Of a DNA stretch of 64,000 nt, positions 24,736 through 38,100 are shown in pieces; the stretch's first letter is position 1, and the number at the start of each line of letters is the position of its first letter. The DNA is taken from the NCBI GenBank assembly GCA_001600815.1, contig BCKZ01000007.1:186001-250000 (forward strand). Reading direction: 5' to 3'. The notes under the pieces are model-generated. The model did not search any database, was not told the origin of the DNA, and saw only the letters and a list, made by a program, of their open reading frames with translations. Origin of the DNA: Alloascoidea hylecoeti (Eukaryota). The position numbers were made by a program, and so were the translations under genes.

Positions 24736-27700
24736 TCAATTCAAGAATCCTTTGCACTGCGGAGAACCACACAAACATGGAATTCTTTCATCACTATTTA
24801 TTTCCCTTTCAAACTTATAATCATATGTTATTTCCTCATTTGCAGCAATATCCCGTAATGCGTATATAACAATACGTTTCTTACCTTCAACTTTTAAAAT
24901 CTTTGCCGTGCAAGTTGGGGTACAACAATGATTTATAAATCTTGCAACACTCCCCATTTTGGTCGAATCAATAACAGTATCTTCGTCGATTCTAAATAAA
25001 TAACTTGAACCAAGACCTGATTTTATATATTGTTTTTCCCGTAAATCAGCTACTTGTTGTCTTACACTTTCACCGACATATTCAATGATCATTTCTTTAG
25101 CCGATATCGGCTCAGCAGCATAAAGCCCCCAATTATGTATCGCAGATCTTGCAAAACTTACTAATTTTCTCCTCTTCATTAATTGATTGAAATTAAACAG
25201 ATCAGTTTCACCTTGGAAAACACCTAGATCAGCAGCAAAACGTCTATTTGCAACCCGATTATAACGCGATAATGATTTCGTTTTCTTAGCGGTTGTTTCA
25301 TTTTTAGACTTATTTTCGTGTGTTTGAACTTGATCTAAAGGTATATGAGCCTTACGCCGATGTGGTAAATAATTAGCCTTATAAATGTCAGGAATTTTTC
25401 TATAACCCTCGCTTCTTGCCGATCCAGTTTTATTTTCCAAAGCACTTGGAATTGATATAGAGTTGTCATCAGTAGAAATATTGCTATCAATATCAATAGG
25501 ACCGATTTCATTTATTGATTTTCCGAGCGCTGTTGCCATTGCTTCGTTTTCTTTCCAAGCTTTATAAGAGTAGTTACCTATTTTATTAGCTGGAGTTGGT
25601 TCAATTTCTGATAGAACCTCTTTCAATAAAGCGTAATCTTCGGTATCTTTTACTAATTCTTGAATTCCATTCAAATTAAGTAATCTATTCGGAATATCAG
25701 TGCAAACAGCTTGGGGAGCTATACCAAATGATGGATTCCAGTCAAGAGCTGGATCAGGAAGTTTATAGCCAGTGTCTAACTCAGCCGAAATTTCAGTTTT
25801 AATTTCTAAGGCTTCATCATTTAAGTTATTAATTTCCAATTCTTGTTGTGGTTGTTGTTGTTCGTCTGTAGTTTGTTCTTTCTCATCAACATTGATCTCC
25901 GATTTAATTTTGCGTTTCTTAACTGCTTTTCCTTTTGTAAGCTCGTTTCCTTTACGTTTGGAAGTTTTAGATGGTTTCCTTCCTTTCGGTACCTTTGAGA
26001 CTGCCTTCGGTTTCTGTATTTCTGGCGATTCAATGATAGGTTTAATCATAATCACATCCCCTTCTTCCTCTTCTTCGCTTTCTGAAGATGATTCCAGTAA
26101 CGCTTCAGCAGCTCGCCGTATACTCTTTACTTTATCCCCCTTTTTGAGATCAGATTCCACAGATTTATTAGCCTTTTGTTGTTTTTCGGTATCAGTATCC
26201 GATTCAGATTCAGATTCATCCGAATCAAAAAGAATTGATCTACGAATAGCAAGTCGTTTTTTACTTAATTTTGATTTTTTAGCTGGAATTTGTATTTTAT
26301 TTTGTTCATCCAAGAGTTTTAATTGCTTTTCAAAATCCAATTCTGTTTGTTTTTGTAATTGCTCTTTATCGCTATCTATTTCATGTTCATTTTCAGATTC
26401 AGATTCAAAACGTTGGTATAATTGTCTATGACGGTGGATATTTCGTTTTGATTTTATTGATTTTATTTCATGTTCTTCTTTTTCGTTATTATCATCATCT
26501 TTATGATTAACATTTCCAGAAATAACATTCTTAACGACCTTTCCGTTAGTAATTATGAATTTCCCATTTGTTTTTAAGGATTTTTGTGATTTCTTTCTTG
26601 AATCTATACTTTTAGTTATAGCTTTACTAATATCTTCACTTAATCGTTTTTGTACTAAATGTTCTAATTCTTTTTGAAGGTCAATTGTTGCATTATGTAA
26701 TAACATTTCTTCATGAGAATCAACAACTACACCATTTATTGTGTAATTTTTTCGATAATCGTATGTAAATTTATAACCATATTCAGAATTAGCATTGGTA
26801 TCCCTGTTGTTATAAGCGCTGGTATTAAAGTCATCGTTTATACTTTTATTGTTATTGTAGCGCGAATATGAGTTGTTAATATTATTATTAAATCTCGATT
26901 GTGTTGTAAAATTAGTTGAGTTATTTTCATTTGTTCTAGTTGACGTCTTCCTGTTTTCAACTGATGAATATGGTACATTATTACTATTATTATTGTTGAT
27001 GCTATTATTTTGTGGTTGTCGTGGCTTATGATTTCCCATCATCAAAACTCCATATTGCTCTAATAAATAATCTTTTAATTTCCCGAGACAAAAATCTAAA
27101 TCGGTTCTTGATTCAAATAATATATAGAAACATTTCATAGAGATTTGGTATTCAAATCTTGTAAAATTATAACCATACAAATGTCCCTTTAATTCTGATT
27201 CAGTTAAAGATTTTGAGGGGGTACGTTGATTATTCATATTTATTGATATGAAATAGCCTTGGGGAAGTGTTGGGGTTGGTGCAGGTGATGGAATTGTTGA
27301 TGTATGTGAGTTAGGATAATGATGGTTTTGATTATACCGAGGATATTGTGCGTGCTGGTTATTATAGCGAGAATCATTAGAATGTTGATATGTGTTTGAA
27401 TTATGGAATGCATTTGGTTCTGGTACTTTGGGGCCCTTGGGTACTTTCGAATAATCATTTAGGTCTTTAGTTGTGATAGGTGGAGTAGCATAACCAGAAT
27501 CTATATTATTATTATGCTGCTGTTCCTCTTGTAATTTTATCTTTTTCTTTTCTTCTTTTTGTTGTTGAATTTTCATCCTCTTTTTCATAGTATGAGACAT
27601 TAATTTATTAAATTCTGAACTCCATGGGTCATATAAAACTTTAAGATTATATCCTTTAATTTTTAATAAGGAACCTTCTTTTATTGCTTTACCTGCAGCT

Positions 27701-28473
27701 AATTTTGCTGTTGAAAAGGGCTTACCAGTTTTCGGATCAATAGCTAGTTTTTTTGTCGGTTTTGTTTCCGTATATATTATAGTACAAAAACCAAGATATT
27801 CACCTGAAGTTGGATCAGTCCCCATTTTAGTTTCGCGAATTCGACCAAAATGTTTAAAATAACGGACTATATCTACTTCGGCTGTTAAAGGAGAAAAGTT
27901 AAAAATGAGAATTTGACCTCGATGATGGATGTCTTTATGAGTAGATGATGAAGAAGGTTTAGGTTCTGTTTTTGGGGTGATGTCTTTAGAAATTGTGACG
28001 GTTTTTGACTTGTTTTCAGTATTATTAGTACCACTATTATTGATAATTTCAGAAGATGATGAAGTTGTAAGATTTTCTAATGATGTCGGGGTTGCTGGTG
28101 TAGCATTTGGTGAACCAACCACCCCATTAGCCCCAGCTTCCATTCCTGTTCCTGCGCCAGTACCATTTCCAACTTCATTACTACTATTATCACGATTAAT
28201 GGGGTCTGAGCTTTTCAGCACGACTTTTTTTTGACTTATTCGTGATTTCTTCATTTCAGGAAATGCTGTATTTAAGCTAATATGTTTGTTAGGCTGTGTT
28301 CCTTTACTTCCAGATAGCCTATTATTATTTCTATTTAGAGCTGTTCCGTTAAACCGTAGATTAACAGACCCCCTACTGTTATTTGCCTTCTCATGCTGAT
28401 TAGTAAAGTTATTCAGTCGTGGGTCTAAATTATCATTCTTAAAATGATCCGTAGAACGACGATGGAACGACAT
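24736..28473 (-). CDS. SET1: Histone H3K4 methyltransferase Set1
   Basis: N-terminal RRM, N-SET (TGSARSEGY), SET domain ([28 protein letters not shown]) and post-[16 protein letters not shown]. Confidence 0.97.
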   Translation of the reverse strand: MSFHRRSTDHFKNDNLDPRLNNFTNQHEKANNSRGSVNLRFNGTALNRNNNRLSGSKGTQPNKHISLNTAFPEMKKSRISQKKVVLKSSDPINRDNSSNEVGNGTGAGTGMEAGANGVVGSPNATPATPTSLENLTTSSSSEIINNSGTNNTENKSKTVTISKDITPKTEPKPSSSSTHKDIHHRGQILIFNFSPLTAEVDIVRYFKHFGRIRETKMGTDPTSGEYLGFCTIIYTETKPTKKLAIDPKTGKPFSTAKLAAGKAIKEGSLLKIKGYNLKVLYDPWSSEFNKLMSHTMKKRMKIQQQKEEKKKIKLQEEQQHNNNIDSGYATPPITTKDLNDYSKVPKGPKVPEPNAFHNSNTYQHSNDSRYNNQHAQYPRYNQNHHYPNSHTSTIPSPAPTPTLPQGYFISINMNNQRTPSKSLTESELKGHLYGYNFTRFEYQISMKCFYILFESRTDLDFCLGKLKDYLLEQYGVLMMGNHKPRQPQNNSINNNNSNNVPYSSVENRKTSTRTNENNSTNFTTQSRFNNNINNSYSRYNNNKSINDDFNTSAYNNRDTNANSEYGYKFTYDYRKNYTINGVVVDSHEEMLLHNATIDLQKELEHLVQKRLSEDISKAITKSIDSRKKSQKSLKTNGKFIITNGKVVKNVISGNVNHKDDDNNEKEEHEIKSIKSKRNIHRHRQLYQRFESESENEHEIDSDKEQLQKQTELDFEKQLKLLDEQNKIQIPAKKSKLSKKRLAIRRSILFDSDESESESDTDTEKQQKANKSVESDLKKGDKVKSIRRAAEALLESSSESEEEEEGDVIMIKPIIESPEIQKPKAVSKVPKGRKPSKTSKRKGNELTKGKAVKKRKIKSEINVDEKEQTTDEQQQPQQELEINNLNDEALEIKTEISAELDTGYKLPDPALDWNPSFGIAPQAVCTDIPNRLLNLNGIQELVKDTEDYALLKEVLSEIEPTPANKIGNYSYKAWKENEAMATALGKSINEIGPIDIDSNISTDDNSISIPSALENKTGSARSEGYRKIPDIYKANYLPHRRKAHIPLDQVQTHENKSKNETTAKKTKSLSRYNRVANRRFAADLGVFQGETDLFNFNQLMKRRKLVSFARSAIHNWGLYAAEPISAKEMIIEYVGESVRQQVADLREKQYIKSGLGSSYLFRIDEDTVIDSTKMGSVARFINHCCTPTCTAKILKVEGKKRIVIYALRDIAANEEITYDYKFEREINSDERIPCLCGSPQCKGFLN

Positions 28474-28858
28474 GATTATTTTCTGATAACCACCGGTAAA
28501 TCAGAGATCAACAAAAACAAGACAAACAAAAAAAAATAGAGAGGTAAATGCAAAAACTAAATATATTCCACAAACAAGAAAGAACGCGAAATAAATACAA
28601 CTTTGACAAAACGAGTAAATTTATTTTTACCTGGACAAAATCGATCAGATGCTCGGGTGTTATACCACTCACGTGATACACCATCGCTATAATTACCAGG
28701 TTTGGGATACTACAGGCCAGGTGGTTTGGTTATCTTTTTCAAGTTAAACTGAATGAATGTAAAAATAACTTATAAAAGAAAATTAATGCTTTCAAGAGAC
28801 ATAGTTCTAGTATCCAATATGTGATCATTGTGAAGGAGCTAAAATACTTTTAATCATT

Positions 28859-28932
28859 TGACCCTGGTGGAGATCGAACCAGTGACCTTCTGCTGTTTGA
28901 CAGCAATTCTTATCAATTGTGGATTTCAGCGC
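28859..28932 (-). other. tRNA-like relic / B-box-like sequence
   Basis: Minus strand ...CAATTGATAAGAATTGCTGTCAAACAGCAGAAGGTCACTGGTTCGATCTCCACCAGGGTCA has an anticodon-like stem, variable loop AGGTC and a GGTTCGA box. The T-stem and acceptor stem do not pair. Confidence 0.45.
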
Positions 28933-28937
28933 ATCGG

Positions 28938-28958
28938 TTACCCGCCCTTTGAAAATTT
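28938..28958 (+). promoter_or_regulatory. Reb1-type site and RRPE-like element upstream of RSA3
   Basis: TTACCCG at 28938-28944 and TGAAAATTT at 28950-28958, typical of ribosome-biogenesis promoters. Confidence 0.55.
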
Positions 28959-29008
28959 CACTAGAAAAATAATTTTATTTACCATTCAAAAAAGAAAAAA
29001 AAGTGAAA

Positions 29009-29636
29009 ATGTCGCAAACAGATATTGGTGTAATTAAAGCACAGAACAAAAAACACAAGAGACGGAGAAAGAAGAGAAGAACAGAAGGTGAGTTTTATAA
29101 CCATAAAAAAATATCATCCCATCATCTAGTTTTAAAGATATCGACGTATGAAGTACTAATCTTTTTAAATTGATATAGATTTTTCGTCAGATTCAGATTC
29201 AGATTCCTCAAGTGAAGAATCTACTAAAAATGATATTCATACAGAAGAAGCAGATACAATAATATCACAAAGTGATAAGGTAAACACTCTCACCACCAAC
29301 AATTCAATCGATATTGACATGGATATTGATATTGATGAAGAACATGAACTTGAATCAAAATCAGGCAAATCATCTTTAAATCCTGATGATGTTAAAATAA
29401 ATCTTTTAAAACTTGATATAAAGCCTTATAATCCAATAAATAAAGACTCTCAAAATGTTTCTGATGTTAAAAATGCACTTGTTGCACTAATGGCAAATAC
29501 ATATAGTGATGATTTAGATACATTAAGAAAATCAACAGATTTTAATGAGAAAAGTTTACCAATGTTGGTCAAGAGTTTAAGTAGTGGGATTAATTGTTTT
29601 GATATGGCGGTGATTGAAAATATAATAAGAGATTAG
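29009..29636 (+). CDS. RSA3: Ribosome assembly protein 3, 2 exons (29009-29087, 29179-29636), ~178 aa
   Basis: RRRKKRRTE|DFSSDSDSDS across a GTGAGT..TACTAAT..TAG intron. C-terminal LMANTYSDDLDTLRKSTDFNEKSLPMLVKSLSSG. Confidence 0.85.
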
Positions 29637-30000
29637 AAGTTTTGATTCAACATCAATTCATGTATTCATCTTTAAATACAATACTTTATAATGAGTATTT
29701 TGCTACTTTAGCATCAAAACCGAAGAATCTTAATTCTAATATAACGATAGGCTCAGGTAACAATTTGCGATTAAATATTAATGATGAAATATAGTTAACA
29801 CACACAGACTATAAACCTCCCAAAAGTACAAAGCGAATCCATCGCTTAAGACAAAGATCAATTCACAATAAGGTTTGCACCATTCCTTAAAATTTTACTG
29901 TTCATAACATAATTATAACTATATAAAATTTATACATAATATTGAATTAATAAATCTCTAAACATTAGCAGTACCCAGGAACATAATTTAATTTATGATA

Positions 30001-30166
30001 CATTCACTTAATATCGGCCGTCCCTATAAGTAAATTCTGGCCGGGTTTGGATCCTAGTATCCCTCCATATTTACGGGTCATAGCTATATAGCTAATAATG
30101 TGATCGAAGATTAGTTATGGAACTGCCAATGAATAGTGATTATCATGGCCTAAATTAAGTTGAATG
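30001..30166. mobile_element. Short copy of the same TIR element family
   Basis: CATTCACTTAATATCGGCC (30001-30019) and GGCCTAAATTAAGTTGAATG (30147-30166) are inverted. Confidence 0.55.
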
Positions 30167-32170
30167 CCCACACTATATATACTTACGGAAGTTAACAGCA
30201 GGCAGCGGTAGACGGATTGCGCGACGAATTATTTTGTAAGATTGCGCGAATTGGTATTTAGCGACAAGTTTATTTTGGCTATATGAAGGTATATCAACAC
30301 ATAACACAAGCCTATGTTTCCAATTTTTGAAAGACTAATATTAATTAAGCCTAGGCTCTAGAACAGCCGCAGGCCAACACCACAATCATAAGTTTTATTG
30401 ACAGAATAACCGAAATAAAACTGGACTATTATTAATATTTCATAATCAACACATTATTCCGGAAACTAATTTCTCATACTTACAAGTTGATGTGAGTGGC
30501 CCGCTATGATTGAATTATTTGGATATATTAATGATAGCGATAATAATATGCTGCATATGGTGGATAATAATATTCGTCTTCTCTAAGCCACAACAAAAAT
30601 CAAAAAAAAACTAATTGAAAAAAAAGAATTAATTAATTAATTTAAGGCCTATAAAATTGGTAAGACTTCTGTGGATAGTGGATACCTCTTTATTACATGG
30701 TATTGTTTGTTAACATTGAGGAAGTTTGTATTGGTTGCGAAGGGCTGCTACACCTAAATGTAAATTTAAATATGAACGGCCACACTCGCAAAGTAAGATT
30801 AGAAAAATAGATCCGGGCATATCATCGAAGGTCTTAAATCACTCTTAATATAAATATTTTTGTTTACGAGACATATGGCTTTACATTCAGTTTATAGCAC
30901 GAATTTCTTCTGAATATTTATAGGCGCCTATAAAGATCTTACATGAATGCAATGCCATGCATAATTATAGGTTAAGTTGACATAAAAGTTGATATAGAGA
31001 ACGTTTAATATGATAAAATAACTACGTACACATAATAAATATTGTATATTAAACTAGAGGGTTCTAAAGATAGAAACTTAGAAGTTTTAAAAGCAGAAAC
31101 AAAAGCGCTCTGGATATAGATATAGAAATATAGTTACAAAGTAATATAAAAAATTCACTTCTTGGGGTTTGGTTCCCCACCGTTTCACTCTGAATCATAT
31201 CCACTATAATGGTTTTATGTTATACAATTATATGATACACGAAGTCTACTATACGTATATGGATGAAGGTTCGCCGAATCTACAAAAATCTGGCAGAATC
31301 CCTGACATGACATGGGCCTAAATGTATACGGTCTAGGTGCATCGACCGTTTGAATTTACAATTGTAAGGCATTTGGGTAAGAAGCTCTGCACATCGCAAG
31401 CGGTACCGGTGAAGAGATGGCCACGGGATGTAAGTTACATTAATATTCTATTCTATCAAATTGATGATATTTTTCTACTGAGAACAAAACTATTATATTA
31501 AGATTGTACATGTTCATATAATATAAGAAATTTAACTCAATTATAGGTTTTTATAACATAAGATCTGAACATTGGTTGCAGAGTCACATATGAAATTAAC
31601 GCATTATATAGACTTTTTATAGTTATAGGACTACCTCAAATTTTCGAATTAAAAGGTGATTTTACAAGTATATTTACATGTATGTACTGGTATAATATAT
31701 ACGTACTGGTATTAATTATATATCTCCAGATCTTGCCTAAATAATTATGCCAAACTATGCAATCGCGTCTAAATCTTTTTTGCCTTATAACTTTACCAAC
31801 ATTTGCTTATAAATGCTTGAGCTTGGATATAAGCTCAAGGCCGTACCACATTAAAATTTCATTAAGCACAATCAATAATAAGTTATTACAACTGTAAACT
31901 ACATGTAGAGCTACAGCATTAACTGTTAAACTGCCTTACCATAGCCATATATTTGAAAATAATTATTTACCACATTAAATCAAAAAGCATTAGAAATTTA
32001 TATATAGTTCTCATCCTTGTTGAAGAAAGTTTTACATTATGTATAAACCCATTAATAGATCCAGCTCAATCGCAATTAACAATATATAATTAAGACTACC
32101 TCTTGATTTTTGCCTTAATTGACAATTCAATTCTTTCCTTCATTTCATAGTCAGGTTATAACTTGTAGTA

Positions 32171-35100
32171 ATGGTGACTTTTGAAACCTTTAACGTCCCT
32201 AGTGGCGATATGATCACTACAATTGTGTCTAGATTGATTAAGGTGGTAAGTGAATTTATCATATATTTTATAAGTATATTTGGTTCCAGTACTCATTACA
32301 TATATAATTTGAACTCAGCTACCATCAGAAACAGGAAGTACTGTTGAAGACGCAGAAGCAGAGAAAGTTTATGTATTTACAAAAAACAACTTAATAAAGC
32401 TAGCCAAAACAAAACGCATCGGTGAAGTTATCTATAGTTTCAGTTCTTTAATAAAATATATTTTAAAGGTAAGTTTGATAGTGCGCAACTCTCGCTCTAA
32501 CTTGTGGAGTTCATGTTGTGTGGATGTTATAAAAACTCCCTGTCAACCAGCAAGCTTTAAGCTTTTCAAATTCTAACACACTTATTTTGTAGCGAGACGG
32601 AAACAAATCTTTAAAAGATAAAAACATTTATTATTTAAGATCTTTGGTTGTCATTACAAAACTATTAGCAGAATGCATAGAAATAAATTGGGATACTTAC
32701 GAACAGGCACCTGTTAGAAAAGGTCGAGTTCCAATAACATTTGGGGAGACAGGATTTGCCAAACCCTTTTTAAAATACCATACAGTTCGTCCCTTAAATA
32801 TCGATGATCATACCGCAGAGAATCTAATGGAGCAATTAGTCGATCTAAAGTCTGAATCAGCAATATTGGAAGGAATCTCAGTTTTATGTAAAGGTAGCAT
32901 GTTACAAGTAAAAAACAGTATTATTGTTCATCCGTACAAGAGTCTTATTGATGAGATTGATGAATATTGCATTACAATTTGTCGTTATCTTTCAGCTTCC
33001 AATTGGACGGTTACCTATCGAATTATTCACAGTAAAATGCTTAACATTGGTAACTGTGATACAGAGGGAAATGAAGCCATTTCTTGCATTGATATTTTCG
33101 AGATGATATATATTGATAAAAATACTGTTGAGGATTTATTTCATGATTTGTGGGCCTGGATTCCTTCTCTTAGAAACCCATTGCATCGGACATTGCTACT
33201 GTACTTTTTATCATCAAGTTTACAATATTGGATATTTGCTCTTCCAAGGGAGATTTATGAAGCTGGTGAAGATGGTTCATCTATTCATTTAGTGTCATCC
33301 TCATTGTTTGATTATGTTTACGCAAGCATTCAGAACTCTAAATATAACATTGGTTCTATTAGATTTTTGACGGTATTGCTTTGCTGTTTCCCGACTACTT
33401 TCAAAACATTTATAACCTCCAATGATAAACCATTATCCGCCACATCAAAGAAACTGGAGTTTCTTCGTTTCATGCAAACAAGTATCCAATCACCCAATCT
33501 TTCAGAAAATGCTCTATATTGTTTTGCTCTTATTGCTTCTATTGGTTCGGGAGGTTTTAATATTGATCATCAATATCCTATTTCTCAATATGTTATATTG
33601 AATTATGAAAATATCACAGAAACATTTTTTGATACTTTTGCCTACGAAATCAATGCTTCTCTTATTCCTATATTTTGCGATCTTTTCGTTGCATATGCTC
33701 TTATTGATATAAAGTATTCAATTGAGTTTTTCCATCAATCTGAACTAACCGCTGAAACTACGTGCTATTTCACATCGGGTTTAAGAGCTGTAGGGGAAAT
33801 AGGAGCGGCAGCCGACAGATATACATCTATCATGATTTCTGTTGGTGCTCAACTGAGGGATATTGCTTCGAAACAATCTCGTTTGCTTTTAAATGCTAGA
33901 GCTGTAGGAAATTCATCAAGAAAATCACTTTCAAAAAGTCAGTCAGGAACTGTTAACATTCCAATTCTCTCGAATATACTCAAATGTTTCACTCCAAATC
34001 CTCTTTTTTATCTTATTGGGTTAGACGAAACAAACTTCGAACTCAGTACTATTTTAGCACCTATTGTAACTTGTATTGTTGATTCCGATAGAGAGTTATC
34101 CGATGCTGCTACAAGTTTCTTGTTCTCAATGATTAGTGAGAAAACTATATCACAACTTCCCCCAATTGTGGATTCTCCTAAACATCCGGTCATTGCCATA
34201 TACATAGCAGGCTTTCATGCTATTAATTCAATGGCCGAAAAACTCATAGAGATAGATCTTAATGATCCAAGCTTTGAACGGATATTGATAGCAATTAAAG
34301 ACTCTTTCAGTGCGAGGGCAATAATTAGTAGAAGATTTCGCTTAAAAGAAGCATGCGGTGACATGTTAGGTCGAATAGAAATTAGTGGAATCAAGGATAA
34401 AATGTTCACAAATATTGAGACTGCTATTCTCATTGGGTTTTGTTCACCGGATATTGAAATATTTAAAATGGCCTCAGAAGTGGTTACGTATGCCTTGGAA
34501 GACAGTTTAGAACTAGGTGATTTATCAGATACCATTCTCTCTAGTCCTTTGCTATATAACAGACAACAATATAAGGAGTTCAATAAGGATTCATTTACCA
34601 TCACTGGAAATGCCATGTTACAAAAAAGGATCAGAACATTGGCGTCTCAATTTACTGTCGCAACTGATGGTGTTATGAATGCATGGGAACTTATTTATGA
34701 ACGATTTTCAGTAGCATCACAAGATCAAGAAACGTTTGTAATAGAGAATAGGAACTATCTGGGAATGCTAGCAAGTCTTTCCGAATGTATTTTGGCAACA
34801 GATGGCGAGACAAATGTTAGAGCATCAAAATTGACACTGATGATCAATGAACTCGCGCAATATACTATAAAACTTTTAGATTCATCAAATATGCTTATAA
34901 GTAACTCTGCTATGGAAGTTCTTTCAAAAGAGTTCGGTAATCATTTGACCCATGACGTATTCGTCTCATTAAACGAAAGTATAACTAAGGTAGTTCAGTC
35001 AAAAAACAAGGAACGCATATTAAAAGTTTCTGATCTCTTTATATCACTTATAAATGGAGTGATCAACAAATGTATTCATGGAAAAATGAATCTTGAGCTA

Positions 35101-38100
35101 ATTGTTTTATCAACCCTTTATAATATTATGGAATACCTTGATCCTCTCATTGATAATGAGAGTATTACTTTGAGATTGAAAATACGTTGTATTAAACTTT
35201 CTACTACAATAAAAAGTAATGAGAATATCCTTAATCTTAAATTTGCTCCACAAGATTCCCACAATTTTCTCATTTTGATATTAAAATGGTTTGAAAGGGC
35301 AGCTCTTAGAGATGATGATTATAATTATCATAGTGATGATATTAGTTTTCCATCTTCGGAAAGGAAAGCAAAAGTACTTGACCATCTACTATCAGATTTA
35401 GCACTAAATGCAGCAAAAGGGGCAACATATATGGCAAAAGGGTCTGTAATATATGTTCCTTCAGCTGTATCAGAAGAAGATTATTTACAAGCCAAATCTA
35501 CTGTATGTGCCAACTTATTCTCTCTTGGTGTTAGAGCGCTGGAGAAGTATAGTTCAACTGAAGATTCCTCTCCTAAGTTGGATAGATATAGTATTACTGC
35601 GATGAGCACTTCATCCAGAAATTCGGACATTTTTTCCCGGGGACAGAAGTCACAGAAGTCAGAAATAGGTAGATACAACAACACTATATGTAAACATTTC
35701 ATTGATATATTATCCAATATTTTGAAAATGAACACTGATGTTGGACTCAAATTCGCTCTACCCCTTGGGTACCATAAAACTCCCAAAGTTCGAAGTGCAT
35801 TCGTTAATATATTTGCAAATATTTTGAAGGATAGTACTGGGGGAAAACAAAACGCTGATTCTAATCTTGAGGCTCTTATGACTTATTTGAGATCCAATTT
35901 ATCTATTGCAATTCGACTTTGTGACACATGCCCGGCAACTGAAATTGATGGTCTTGCATCTGCGTTGCTAAATCTATTCATGACCAATGGAACGGAATTG
36001 GATCTAATTAAAGCCGCCGTCAAAAAGGAAATTCAAAGCACAACTAGAGTAGTAGAGCTTCTAAGACGGAACAGTGTTGCTACTAGAATGTTAACACTTT
36101 ATGCAAGAAAAGTTGGTGCAAATTATCTTTCTTTAACTTTAGCACCAGTCCTTCGATTATTCATAGAGGATCCCATAAATCATGTATTTGAACTCAGCTT
36201 GGATAAAATTGAAGAAAAAAATGTTTCAGATAACATTAGAAAGTTTATGATGTGTTTGTCGTCTTTCTGTGCAGCGTTTACCGAATCTCTAAATAATATG
36301 CCTTCATCATTTAAAGAAATATGTTATACAATTCGTACAGAAGTTATTAAAAAATTTCCAGAAGCATCTGCTACGTCGGTCGGCTCTTTCTTAATTTTAA
36401 GATTTTTTTGTCCAGCTATTGTTGCTCCTGAAACCAATGGTCTAGCAAATGAACCTATAAGAAGAGCTGTTCGCCGTTCACTACTGTTAGTTGCGAAAAT
36501 TATTCAAAATATGGCCAATGGTTCCCTCTATTCACTAAAGTTACCTCTATTGCATGATAAAATGGATGATCTAAATGCTATCAATGGACAAATAACCCAG
36601 TATTTGATTAATGCAGCTGTTGTTAATACTGATGAGTATCATCCACATGATGATTTAGCTCTTGACGCTTCTACGAATTCAATTATGACCAAGGATTTGA
36701 ACACAGAGAGGAAATCTGAAGAGTTCGATAAAGACGAGGCATTATTTATTCACCAGTTTCTGTATAATCACTCTGGACTAGTCAACACGAAGGTTGCTAC
36801 ACCAGACAAAGATATGCATATGTTTTATAAAGGGTCTCATTCGGGATCTGTCCCTTCTTTGTCATCATCAACGGATAATAGTTCCAATGGTGATTCATGG
36901 GAATTGATTGAGTTAAATGAATTGGTTGAAGTTATCGGTCAACCAAAACAAAATAAAAGTTACCAGATTCCACAGGAGATTTTATCTGATAATACAGAGA
37001 AAGGAATACAATTATATAACTTTATGGCCCGAAACTCGGCCCGGGATTTTGACTCCATTCTGGACAAACGGATAGTAAACGAGGGTGTGGCCGATGATGG
37101 TTCATCATTTATCATTTTGTCTCTTGGATCTTTTGATAAATCCATCATCATAGAACCAGATAAAATAACCTATAGGATATTTCAAATATTATGTAAAGTA
37201 GGACATTCTCCTTACTCTTTTCTTATTGATTGTACTGGATTTAATGATAAAAATTCAGTTGATTCTAGTATTCTCAAGAATTTATTTACATTATCGCCTC
37301 TAAGAGTATCAAAGAATTGTAAAGGTTTTATATTCTTCAACTGTTCTGGTGCATTCCTACCTAGTTTGGACTTAATAATAAGTATGGCTGAAGAGTCTAG
37401 CTTATTCAATCCTTCATTTATTCCTTTTGACTTCTTGTGTTCGTTTGATCAGCAATATTCAACCAAACTCCATGGCTTGTCAAAGAGAACGTGCACTATT
37501 ATTAATGATGAAAAAAGTAACTATTCAGATATTCTTCAATTTGATAATTCAATAAAGGATTTTGTTCAAGTGGAGATGAAAGTTGGGCGTGAATATGTTC
37601 ATGTTTGTAAAATTGATCCGGTCCCTATAATCTGTGGTGGTAAGACAATTAACATAAGGCTATATGATACCTATCATGCAACTGCTGTTAAGGGTGCTAT
37701 GACCTCACATAAAATAGGTCGAGATACATTTGTGATAAATTTTAATGATGCTCCACATTCTCAGATTTATTCTAGTCCTCTAAGGAATGAAATTGTTAGA
37801 AATGTAAATGTCTTGGTAACGAAATTCATAGAAGATTCATCTTCAACATCCTCTTTCGATAGCCCTACTCTTGATCTACAAGATGTCATCAGTATAATTG
37901 GAAATATAGGAATGTTTGGATTAAATGCTGAAGATAAGGAAACAAGGAATGGTGCTTATAATATCATATCAGCATTGGCCAATTTTTATTTTAATATGGA
38001 TTTTGAAATTGGTGAACCAAGAAATGGTGTATATGTTCCACCTAATGCTATTAATCATTTTTCTGGAATTTGGGAAGAAGCAGGTAAAAGTCTTGTGGAA

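Noticed and set aside
25772..26431. 219-aa ORF antisense to SET1, and similar nested ORFs in IRA, the RhoGAPs, RFX1, the GPI genes and BUD14
   Set aside because: These are shadow frames of real coding sequence or microsatellites.
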